DNA from: Chrysochromulina tobinii
Taxonomy: Eukaryota
Length of the DNA: 40,211 nt
Direction of reading: 5' to 3'
Assembly: GCA_001275005.1 (NCBI GenBank)
Contig: JWZX01003268.1
Location: 1-40,211 of the forward strand
Below the pieces are notes generated by a model, which saw nothing but the letters and a program-made list of their open reading frames with translations, made no database searches and had not been told where the DNA came from. Below are positions 1 through 9,200 of this stretch, in pieces. Position numbers and translations under genes: made by a program. The first letter of the stretch is position 1; each line of letters starts with the position of its first letter.

Positions 1-2
1 CC

Positions 3-1544
3 CCCTTGCCCCCCTTGCCGCCCTTTTCCCCTCTACCCCCGCCCCCACCCCTGCCCTTGATGGTGCGTATTGGCGCCGTGCGCACGCAGGTGTGGAACAA
101 GACCGTCAAGCCCTCCCCCAAGGTCGGGCTGCAGGGCTCGTGGCAGCCCGTGGACGAGCTCCATGCTGTCCTGGTGCACTGCGACACGTGGACGCCGCGC
201 TTCGATGGGCTTCGTGGGAACGTGGTCCCTCTCGGGCCGGTGCCATCGTCCCACGGGGACCGCGCCTCGCGCCACTTCCACGAAAACGTGGTCCACTACT
301 CGGAGCTCCTAATTAAGGAAAAGCCTCCGGAGATGTCGAAGAAGAAGCGCAAGAAGGCGGAGGACGGCACGGCGACCTACGCCGACGACGGGCTCGCGAC
401 GCCGCGCTACCGCATGATGTTCTCGCTCTATCGGCGTGAGGTGATGGTGACGCCAATCAACCCGAACCCGGTCCCTGGTGATGAGGCCCCGGCGATGCCG
501 GAGGGCAAGCACCTGACCTTCTGCATGGCGCCGGAGGACATTCTGATCCGTAACTCCTTCCACATGCTCACGGAGGCGGAGAAGGAGACGCGCCGCGCCG
601 AGTACAAGTCGAAGCAGTCGGCGCCCAAGCCCAAGGGCAGTCCCGGGCTCGGAATGGGCGCGACGGCCGTCGGGATGATGCCCGGCATGGGCGGCGCCAT
701 CTCGGCGGGCGCGATGGCGCTCTTGGCCGATGGGAGCCAGTTGGCTGGTGCCATGCCGCAAGCTCTCGTCTCGTCACAGCACATCGAGCTGCTCCCCGCA
801 GCCGCGAGTGCCGCTGCCGAGCCGACGGGTGCAGGCGCGCCCCAAATCGGCTCCCTCTCCGCGACCACAGGCCACGTGGCAGGCGGAACGCCCCTCTGGA
901 TCCAGGGATCGCGCTTCAGCACGCGCACGCGCGTCTGCTTTGGGAGCGCGATCGCCACCGACGTGCACGCGTGCAACGGCAGCCTGATCACCGTTGTCGT
1001 GCCGGCCTCGCCATCTGGCCGTGCGGAGACGGTCGAGGTGCGCTTGACCCATGATGGCCTCAATTGGTCCAACCCGCTTCTGTACACGTACCGGGACGAG
1101 GCCTCAGCTGCCGAGGAGTCGGCGCACATGGTTGGCCTGATGGCGCTGCTCACTCCCCTCGTCGAGGAGAACTGCGTGGCAGAATCGCCCGATGCGACGC
1201 CGGCGGAGCTGATGGACAGCTCACTCCCGCCTGCGCTGCAGCTGCTCGGCGGAGTTCTTTCCATGCTCCAGAGCAGCGGCGTCTCCGACCTCTCGCGCGT
1301 CGACATGCATGGGCGCTCGCTGCTCCACTACGCGTGTGCCCTTCGCCACGCTGGCGCCGTCAAGTTGCTCCTGGCCGCGCGGGTCGATCCACGCGGCGTC
1401 GACGTGGCCGGCATGAGCGCCGCGGACTGGGCACGCCGTACCGGCTTTGCCGAAGGCGAGGCGCTGATCGCGCAGGCGCTCGCCAATGGCGACGGCGCGC
1501 CGCCCGCGGCGGTGGCGGCCGTCGACAGCAGCATGATGCTGTAG
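3..1544 (+). CDS. IPT/TIG + ankyrin-repeat protein, putative transcription factor; probably 5'-truncated by the window edge
   Basis: Frame is open from the window start (Pro-rich). IPT/TIG motif 'GHVAGGTPLWIQGSRF...VCFG...SLITVVVP...VEVRLTHDGLNWSNPLLYTY', ankyrin motifs 'DMHGRSLLHYACA' and 'DVAGMSAADWA', basic NLS 'KKKRKK'. Confidence 0.8.
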   Translation, partial: PLPPLPPFSPLPPPPPLPLMVRIGAVRTQVWNKTVKPSPKVGLQGSWQPVDELHAVLVHCDTWTPRFDGLRGNVVPLGPVPSSHGDRASRHFHENVVHYSELLIKEKPPEMSKKKRKKAEDGTATYADDGLATPRYRMMFSLYRREVMVTPINPNPVPGDEAPAMPEGKHLTFCMAPEDILIRNSFHMLTEAEKETRRAEYKSKQSAPKPKGSPGLGMGATAVGMMPGMGGAISAGAMALLADGSQLAGAMPQALVSSQHIELLPAAASAAAEPTGAGAPQIGSLSATTGHVAGGTPLWIQGSRFSTRTRVCFGSAIATDVHACNGSLITVVVPASPSGRAETVEVRLTHDGLNWSNPLLYTYRDEASAAEESAHMVGLMALLTPLVEENCVAESPDATPAELMDSSLPPALQLLGGVLSMLQSSGVSDLSRVDMHGRSLLHYACALRHAGAVKLLLAARVDPRGVDVAGMSAADWARRTGFAEGEALIAQALANGDGAPPAAVAAVDSSMML

Positions 1545-2089
1545 GCGCGTTGCAGTGGGCGCAATGCTGTACCCTCATGCAGAGGCGGCATAGACGCACC
1601 GGGGGGGACGGAGACAGGCCGTGGGACGAGCCAGACGCGCGTGGAGACAGACGATGGGGGAGCGAGGCTGGCGTGCACAGCGCGCGCCGAGCCGGGCGCC
1701 GCAGACCGGGGGCACCACAGGAACGGACATCACGTTCACGTCCACGTTCACAGGGAACGGATACCAAGGCTTAACAGACGTCGAGGAGCGATCGCGCGTT
1801 CGGGAGGAGCGGCGGTGTCACGGCCCCGTCAAGAGCGAGATGAGCATGGGCAGAGGATGTTGATGGGAGGCTGAGACTCCTAAGGGCGTGCCCGGGGGGA
1901 TGCATCCGAGCGGAAAGGGGACGGGGGGTCGGCGTGTATGGTGGACGTGGACGGACGCCGGAGCGTCGCCGTGCTGAGCGGCGCCCGTTTTCCTAGATAT
2001 CGCGTGTATGTGTGTGCCTTGGCTTGGTGCGACTTGCCATACTTGTGGAATTGTCCCCTTGCGTGTTTTTGCGGGATTTGTGTTTTCCA

Positions 2090-2108
2090 TTGACTTGACT
2101 TTACTTGA
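2090..2108 (+). repeat. Short imperfect (TTGAC)n array
   Basis: ttgacttgactttacttga, about 40 bp upstream of ATG 2145. Confidence 0.7.
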
Positions 2109-2144
2109 TCTTGTTTTTTCCCGTCTCACGATCTTCAATCGCTC

Positions 2145-2546
2145 ATGCACTCGCTGTTTGCGCGAGGCGTCGGCGCGAGCCTGCTGCCGCGTACCGGCTT
2201 TGCTCAGCGCGCGCTCCTGATGAGCACCGACGCAGCCAAGGCACAGGTGGAAGAGTTCTTGCGCGCCGCGAGCCGACCCAAGATGGGAGTCGCGAAGGCC
2301 AAGCAAAGCGCGGGTCAAAAGGCGCTCGACCTGACAAAACAGGCGAACCGAATGAAAGATATGGACCTGAAGGCGCTGCTGCAAACCGATGGCAGAAAGC
2401 TCAAGGAGCTTGGGTTGCCGGTGCAGGAGCGCAAGCGGCTGCTGAATTTCATCGACAAGTATCTCCGGGGCTACAAGCACGATGGACGACCTGGACAGCA
2501 TGCATGGAAGGGGTGGCGAGCGCCGTCTTTCGTTGGTTCCCAATAG
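2145..2546 (+). CDS. IGR-motif protein, mitochondrial ribosomal protein mS41/Fyv4-like
   Basis: Arg/Ser/Leu-rich presequence-like N-terminus; 'LLQTDGRKLKELGLPVQERKRLLNFIDKYLRG' matches the IGR/Fyv4 motif. Confidence 0.75.
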   Translation: MHSLFARGVGASLLPRTGFAQRALLMSTDAAKAQVEEFLRAASRPKMGVAKAKQSAGQKALDLTKQANRMKDMDLKALLQTDGRKLKELGLPVQERKRLLNFIDKYLRGYKHDGRPGQHAWKGWRAPSFVGSQ

Positions 2547-2552
2547 AATGGT

Positions 2553-2750
2553 TGCTTTCTAAAAGCTCGTAATAACCATGCATCGCATTGCGCTGTATTC
2601 ACTGTACACATGTGATGGCCACACTCCGCGCGCCGCAGGGGCTCGCGGCGGCCGGGCCCGTCGCGGGTCCGGACGGTCGTGATCACGTCTGTGCTCGCGT
2701 CGGCGGAGCGTATCCGCAGCTGCTGAGAGTAGGCCCTCCGATAGAGTGCA
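2553..2750 (-). pseudogene. Degenerate tandem duplicate of the RPC11 3' end and 3' flank (copy of 2751-2932)
   Basis: Both copies start tgctttctaa and share taaccatgcat, cactgtacaca, gatggccacactccg, cgtcggcggagcg and agtaggccctccgat. Translates RRAYSQQLRIRSADA...ECGH versus [15 protein letters not shown]...ECGH. Confidence 0.8.
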
Positions 2751-2821
2751 TGCTTTCTAAAGCGACTTATAACCATGCATGGCATCGCCCTGTATGCACT
2801 GTACACACGTGAACACGCGTT

Positions 2822-3145
2822 TCAGTCCTCTCGCCATCGATGGCCACACTCCGTGCATTTGTAAAACGTGGTCATCGGCTCGTCGGCGGAGCGGATCTGC
2901 AGCTGCTGATAGTAGGCCCTCCGATTGGTGCACTTTGGGCAGTTTGCATCGCTCTGGTCGGCATTCTTCCATGCCTCAGGCCCGCCGAGCACCTCGTCGA
3001 CCGCCTTGTGCTCGAGCGGAACGTCAACGCGCACCATCGCCTTGAGGTGGTACACGTACGGGCACGTCTGGCAGTAGAAGCGCAGCCGGCCGCCCGTCGA
3101 AGTCTCGAGCATCAGCATGTTGCCACATATGAAGCAGAAATGCAT
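2822..3145 (-). CDS. POLR3K: RNA polymerase III subunit RPC10/C11 (TFIIS-like)
   Basis: Two Zn ribbons (FCFICGNML...CQTCPY; CPKC...[27 protein letters not shown]) and the C11-typical 'VDEVLGG..AW.N'. Confidence 0.95.
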   Translation of the reverse strand: MHFCFICGNMLMLETSTGGRLRFYCQTCPYVYHLKAMVRVDVPLEHKAVDEVLGGPEAWKNADQSDANCPKCTNRRAYYQQLQIRSADEPMTTFYKCTECGHRWRED

Positions 3146-3344
3146 TGCGAGAGGGCCTTCCGCCGAGCGATGGCGAGTGGGCGGCGGCGCAGCCAGGGCC
3201 GACGCGTGCGAAAGCTGCGCACTTCACGTGAATTCACATCAAATCGTACATGTAAGGGGACATGCGCGCGCATGTCGGGTAGGAATTTCTGATTGGCTTT
3301 CACGCGCGCGCACACTGCGCGCACCGCGATCATAAATCGCCGAA

Positions 3345-4886
3345 ATGGCGTCGCTCAGGCAGGACCTCGCCCGGAAGCAACAACACCGCAGCATGCAAAG
3401 CTCAACGCTGGCGGCATTGCCCTCCGCCGTACCAGGTGGTGCATGCGACCCGTGCCTTTTGCCTGTCGCGCCTGCCGACTGCCGTCATATGGCCAAGACA
3501 CAATGTTGCGCACCGATGGGTTGCAGCTGGATTGCAGAGCTGAACCGGACCCTCGGCCTCCGATTCGAAATGACAAAGGGAGCTGGCTGGGGAAATTACT
3601 GGCCCCTCGTGCGATCATTGCACCTGCTTGCAGCGACCCTTGGCCGTCGGCTCCTCCTCCACCGTGGTGAAAGCTTACGTGCCCTGCCTCTGCCTGTGCA
3701 TCAGTTTGCACATGGCGGCACTGTGCCCTGGATGTTTGACTCGGCAAAAGAGGCAGAAACCCACATCGCACGCGCACACGTTCTGCATGAAGTCGACCTG
3801 CGCTCCCCTGAGGCGCATCTCCGATCTTTGGCTGTCCGTCTGCTCCGCTCAGCCGTGATCGCTCGACAGCAGCACGTATGGCTGAACGTGTCATGGTACG
3901 TGCAACTCGTGCTTGCGAAGGGCGCGGTGCGTGGGAATCCTAAGTTTTACCTGCCGGGGTGCGCCAACGAGCAGTACACCAATCTCCTCGCGGCTTGTAT
4001 CGGCCGATTGGCCACCACGCCAATCCGTGGCAGCACGCTGGCCTTGGCGCACGACGAGCTCCGAAGACGTATGCCAGCCGATGGTGATTACATCGGTGTG
4101 CACGTGCGCACTCTGGCGAGCGATCTGAAGCCGGCGAGCAACTGGTCATCCGCGCTGGCGAGGCAAAGCTGGAACGCGTCGGCGACTCTTGTGATGCTTG
4201 CATGGGACACAGGCGTCAACGTGAACGAGTACGCTGAGGCCCTTCGGTCGGTGTGCGCGATGGGTAGCTTGTACATCGCCTCCGACTCGGGTGCAGTCGT
4301 CAAACTCTTCGAGCAGCTGTGCCCGAGGGCACGTATCTTCTCGAGCGGCGTTCGTGGGAGCGCGCACCCGTGGATCGAGGCGGCGTCGTTGTCGCCTTCG
4401 GTCTCGCCTTCGACATCGACTGAAGAGGGCTCGACGGACGCGACCACAGCAGCGGGTGTGTTGCAGCAGATCTCGCATAGCAGGCCGCTGGCAAGGCTGG
4501 ATGCGCCGCTCTTGGATTGGCTTCTCCTCTCGGAGGCACGCGCCTGCGGCCGGTGGGGCCACGACTCAAGCTTCCAGTCGACGGCGGTGGAGCGAGGCCG
4601 TTTCTGCTCGGGTAAAATGATCGGCCTGCTTCCAAAGCCCTGGGCGCGAAGGCGACGGGTGCACACGTACACACTGTGGACACAGCTCCGTCGCGTGCAG
4701 CGCTGCCACGACGAGCTGAGCGCGCCGTCGGCGTTGCGAGGGGCCGCAAGGTGCAAGGGGCCGCAGGGTGCGAGGTACTTGACTGCACTCAAACTCTTCG
4801 AGGCAAGCTTTGTAGGCACGCCATGTGAAGGGCGACGCACGCTCGTCGCATGCGCACAGCTGCTGCACGCCGGACTGCTCGCGTGA
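3345..4886 (+). CDS. Fucosyltransferase-like GT-B glycosyltransferase (NodZ/GT23/O-FucT-like)
   Basis: Ordered motifs GAGWGN, YIGVHVRT, LYIASDS, LLDWLLLSEA and SSF, typical of the GDP-fucose-binding FucT superfamily. Confidence 0.65.
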   Translation: MASLRQDLARKQQHRSMQSSTLAALPSAVPGGACDPCLLPVAPADCRHMAKTQCCAPMGCSWIAELNRTLGLRFEMTKGAGWGNYWPLVRSLHLLAATLGRRLLLHRGESLRALPLPVHQFAHGGTVPWMFDSAKEAETHIARAHVLHEVDLRSPEAHLRSLAVRLLRSAVIARQQHVWLNVSWYVQLVLAKGAVRGNPKFYLPGCANEQYTNLLAACIGRLATTPIRGSTLALAHDELRRRMPADGDYIGVHVRTLASDLKPASNWSSALARQSWNASATLVMLAWDTGVNVNEYAEALRSVCAMGSLYIASDSGAVVKLFEQLCPRARIFSSGVRGSAHPWIEAASLSPSVSPSTSTEEGSTDATTAAGVLQQISHSRPLARLDAPLLDWLLLSEARACGRWGHDSSFQSTAVERGRFCSGKMIGLLPKPWARRRRVHTYTLWTQLRRVQRCHDELSAPSALRGAARCKGPQGARYLTALKLFEASFVGTPCEGRRTLVACAQLLHAGLLA

Positions 4887-4977
4887 ATGATGACCGTGTG
4901 AAAAACGTCCGCCGTCCGACCTTCATAACAACTCATGTGTTGATGAAGAGGACTGTGTGATTTTCTATTCGCGATTT

Positions 4978-6081
4978 ATGTCAAGTCCTGTCGCTCGCCT
5001 GCTGCTGCTGGTTGTGGTTGAGGCGCACGAATACTTGTCGGCCCCTCTATCTCGTACGGGCTCGTGCCTGCTCAATGGTGTGATCATGGGCAGCAAGATC
5101 TGCCAGACGCACACCACGCCGGACACCAGTGACGATGTGCAGTGCCTCGATGACAAGCTCACGTACTCCCACTTGTTCCACGTCCACCCCGCGTACGAGA
5201 ATTTTGCGTGCGGTGGCTCAACTTTGGTGAAAGGCAGCCGTGGCGGGTCTCAGGGCCTTCTCCAGGAGTGCGGCGATCTGAAGAGCGACCCGACTCATTT
5301 CAACATGAGCCTCCCTGGCCCTGGGGAGGTTGCCACCTACAAGGCTGGTCAGGAAGTGGAGCTCGGGCTCAAGGGCTTCTTCCATCAGGGCGTCATGCGG
5401 GTGAGCCTCTGCTTCTATGAGGACAGCGCCTGCTCATCGCCCAGCCACTTCACGTCGTACGTCCTCGGGTATCACTTTTCGGAGGGGACCTCGGGGGATG
5501 CGTCAGCACCCGAAGGGATCTATTCCGTCGTCCTCGGTTTCAAAGTGCGCATGCCCAACCGCAAAGGCCGTGCCGCCCTCCAGTGGCTCGTGGACGCGGA
5601 AGACGTCCGATCCTACGTCTCGTGCACCACGATCGAGATCATCGGTGCGACCGTCGAGTCGCCCCAGCGCAGCCCGAGCTCAGCTCCGTTGCATGGTCCG
5701 AGGACGGACTCGTATGCATGCAACGGGCACCCTCTGTGCAACTGCACGACGACCCACGAGCCCACGAGCCCCAACGTTGGGTTGGGGCTCGTGTGCCCGC
5801 AAGGCACGTCGCCCTCGGTCATCAACGGTACCTCGACCGGGACCGATATTGTCGCTCAGTACAAGGCGCAGCTGGGAGTAGATGTTTTCTGCGGACTTTG
5901 CATCAGCAACGGTTGCCCCTCGAGCTGCGGCGGCAAGTACAATGGCTTCTACCAGGGCCCCAAGTGCACAAACGCACCTGTGCTCAAGGGCTGCGGCGCG
6001 ACGCATGAGACGGCGCTGCCCAAGTACATAGAGTGTTCCGCGGCCACGTGCACGTCATCCGGCTGGAGCCCGTCGCTATAG
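4978..6081 (+). CDS. Secreted lytic polysaccharide monooxygenase (AA15/AA10-like fold) with Cys-rich C-terminal domain
   Basis: Signal peptide MSSPVARLLLLVVVEA then His1 'HEYLSAPLSR'; 'CGD'; 'VATYKAGQEV...FHQGVMRVSLC' (second His); 'LQW...SYVSCTTIEI' (axial aromatic). Confidence 0.8.
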   Translation: MSSPVARLLLLVVVEAHEYLSAPLSRTGSCLLNGVIMGSKICQTHTTPDTSDDVQCLDDKLTYSHLFHVHPAYENFACGGSTLVKGSRGGSQGLLQECGDLKSDPTHFNMSLPGPGEVATYKAGQEVELGLKGFFHQGVMRVSLCFYEDSACSSPSHFTSYVLGYHFSEGTSGDASAPEGIYSVVLGFKVRMPNRKGRAALQWLVDAEDVRSYVSCTTIEIIGATVESPQRSPSSAPLHGPRTDSYACNGHPLCNCTTTHEPTSPNVGLGLVCPQGTSPSVINGTSTGTDIVAQYKAQLGVDVFCGLCISNGCPSSCGGKYNGFYQGPKCTNAPVLKGCGATHETALPKYIECSAATCTSSGWSPSL

Positions 6082-6272
6082 AGTATGCTGTGTTAGAACC
6101 GACCGGCTCGATACACGTTGCGACCCCAGCGAGGCTGAGGGTTGCCGTTGCGGGGATACGGTATGTGTGTGGGTGACTAACTTACAAGACCAGTCTCACT
6201 CTAGACACATTTTGGGGGGGGCGGGGCGTGTGTTCACAGCACCAGTGTTGCTCCGTGGCGGACCCTCGTGCA

Positions 6273-9200
6273 ATGAGCCATATGCGGCGTCGCGTGGTTG
6301 TGGAGGACGAGGACGAGGACGAGGACGACAACGGCGCTGCCGCTGTGCCAACCACCAGCGACGGGCCTGCCGCCGCGGAAGAGGCCGACGACCCAATGGA
6401 GGAGGAGGGTGCTGGCGGCGATGATGCCGAGGATGAGCCCGATGCGGCAGCGCCCGCCGATGCTGATGATGGCGAGGCAGACGACGCGCCGCCGCCCGCC
6501 CTGCCGGAGGACGATTTCGACGGGCTGCCTTCAGACGAGGAGGAGGCAGCCGACTCGGGCGCCGAATCGGGTGAGGACAGCGATGATGATAACGAGGGTG
6601 AGGAGGGCGGCGATGACGACGATGACAATGAGGGCGAGGAGGGCGCGGCTAAGAGCAGGGACGACGAGGACGAGGACGAGGTGGTCGTGAGCAAGAAGGC
6701 CAAGAAGCGCAAGGCGGCGGTCGACGACGAGCTGGACGACGACGACCTAGCGCTGCTCGAGGAAAACACGGGCATGGACGTGAGTCGTCTGCGCAAGGGT
6801 GAGGGCGGCCGCCGCCGGCTGCAGAAAAAGGCGCGCGAGGAGACTGCGCCCGTGGCGACCACTGCAGAGGACGCCGAGAATGAAATTGCAGCCGGTCTCT
6901 TCGGCGACGACGACGACGAGGCGGCGGAGGCGGCAGAGGGCGACGACGAGGACGAGCCCAAGGTCGCACGGCCTGCGCGAGACGCGGAGATTGACGACGA
7001 CGACGAGTCGGATGAGAAATCGGACGGCTTCATTGAGTACGCGCCGGGCGAGCGGCCGGTGCGCCGCAAGCACGCGCTGGGCGTGTCGGAGGAGCTCGCC
7101 AACATGCGCGAGGAGGCCGAGGACATCTTCGGCACGTCGACGGAGATTCGCGAGCTGCTTGCGTTCACGCGAGGCGATGCATCCACTGCTGTTGATGAGG
7201 GTGATGACGAGGAGGAGGCGGACGCGCAGTCCGAGGACGAGTCTGAGGACGAGGAGATGGACGGTTTCATCGACGACGACGAGGACGAGGACGATGAGGA
7301 GACGCGCGCCAAAAAGGAAGAGCGGCGCGCGCGCCGTGAGAGGAAGTACGCACGCAAGGGCAAGAAGCGACTTGCGGCGGGCACGGCGGAGGAGGTGATC
7401 GACAAGCTGTATTCGGAGGAGGACAGGAAGGCGTTCTTCAAGACGAGCGAGGATGCCGAGCTTCGCGACAAGGATCTGCCTGAGAGGTTACAGCTTGCCT
7501 TCCGTAACCGCGACGCGCCCCATCCGAGGGAGTTGGAGATGGAGGCGTTGTTCATCTTCTCACGTCTGTTTGCCCAGGGGGTGGGCAAGCTGCCCGAGGA
7601 CGCAGACGGGGCGCCTCCGGTGCGCACCGAGGAGGAGAACGAGCTGCGCACCAAGCGCGTGCTGCGCGCGATCGAGACGGTGCTGAGTAAGCTGCGCGAG
7701 GGCGAGCCTCTCGAAGGCACGAAGGCCAAGGGCAAGAAGAAGGGCGGAAGTGCCGATGAAGAGGAAGGCGTCGTGGAGGATGCGGAGGGCGAGGCCGACG
7801 AGGACGAGGCGAGCAAGGAGCGCCGCCGCTTCGAGCTCGCCTTCATCGCGTACTATCGCAAGGAGGACTGGGCGGCGGTGCTCACGCCGGCGCAATTGCA
7901 TGCCATCCCGGAGCTCGACCGCGAGCACTACCACCTGCAGTCGTCCAAGGCGGCGCTCTTGCGCTCGGCCACGGCGCGCTTCGCGCACGAGCCGGATCTG
8001 CTCAAGCGGCTGCGCGCCTTGCTGCGCACGGCGGACTCCCTGCACGAGGTCCTCGACCTCGAAGCGTGGCTCGAAAACGAGTACGACGTGAAGAACAGTG
8101 GCGCTGCCGCCGAGGATCTAGAGCCGCGCGCTGCCGTGGGCGGCGCGCGCCGCCCCGCCAAGAACCGCTCGCTGTACGCGGCCGCGTGCAAGGGGAGCGC
8201 GTCGGTGCTCGCCGAAAAGTTCGGCCTCTCCGTGAGGGCGCTCGCTGAGAACGTCGTGGTGCACTTTGGGCAGCAGAACTTGCCCGCAGACGAGCTCCTC
8301 ACGCCCGAAGAGGTCGCCAAGGACTTTATCGACATGATGGCCGCGCAGGCGGCGAGCGGGAGCGCGCCGCCGCTGCCCGCCGAGCTGCAGAAGCCCGAGG
8401 GGGCGCTCGCGGCGGCGCGAGAGGTGTTTGCGCATGGGATCGCATCGAACATCGACCTGCGGCACAAGGCGCGCTCGCACATGGGGATGGCGGCGCGACT
8501 GCAGGTGGAGGCGACGCCCAAGGGAGCGGATGAGGTCGACCCGACCCACGCGCTCTACCGCGTGATGAACGAGCTGCACGTGCGGCCCAAGGACACGTCG
8601 GCGGCCGCGCGCGAGCGGCGCAACTCGACGACGCTGTACAAGCTGCTGCCCGGAGCCCCGTACAGGGTCGACTGGCACAATACAGGCAGTCGCGACGAGG
8701 CGGTCGCCAAGGCCGAGCTGCTCATGATGGCGGCCAAGGCGCAGCAGCTGGGTCTCATCACGATGAGTGTTGAGGTCCCGCAGCTCGACGACTACCCCGA
8801 CGCGCCGCCGGACCCCTTTCTGGTGCAGCTGCAGAATGCCTTCCTCACGCCCGTGGACGAGACCGACCCCAACCCGTGCGCCGACAAGTGGAACGCGCAG
8901 CGCACCCTAATCTTGAGGCGGGCGACACTCGGCCTCCTCTACCCGAAGCTAGGCAAGGAGGCGCTCGAGACGGCGCTGCGCGAGGCGCAGCTCATGGTAG
9001 CCGCCGAGTGCGCGCAGCGGCTGCACGCGCTCGCGTACGGGCCGCCCTTCCGCATCGCGCCCGCCGAGCGCAAGCAGCAGAAGCCCGGCAAGAAGAAGAA
9101 GCCCGACTGGTTGCCCAACGTGGGCGACTACTACGAGCGCAAGGCACGCGTCGTCGGCGCGACGCTGCTGCCCTCGGACGACATGGGGCGCGCCAATAAG

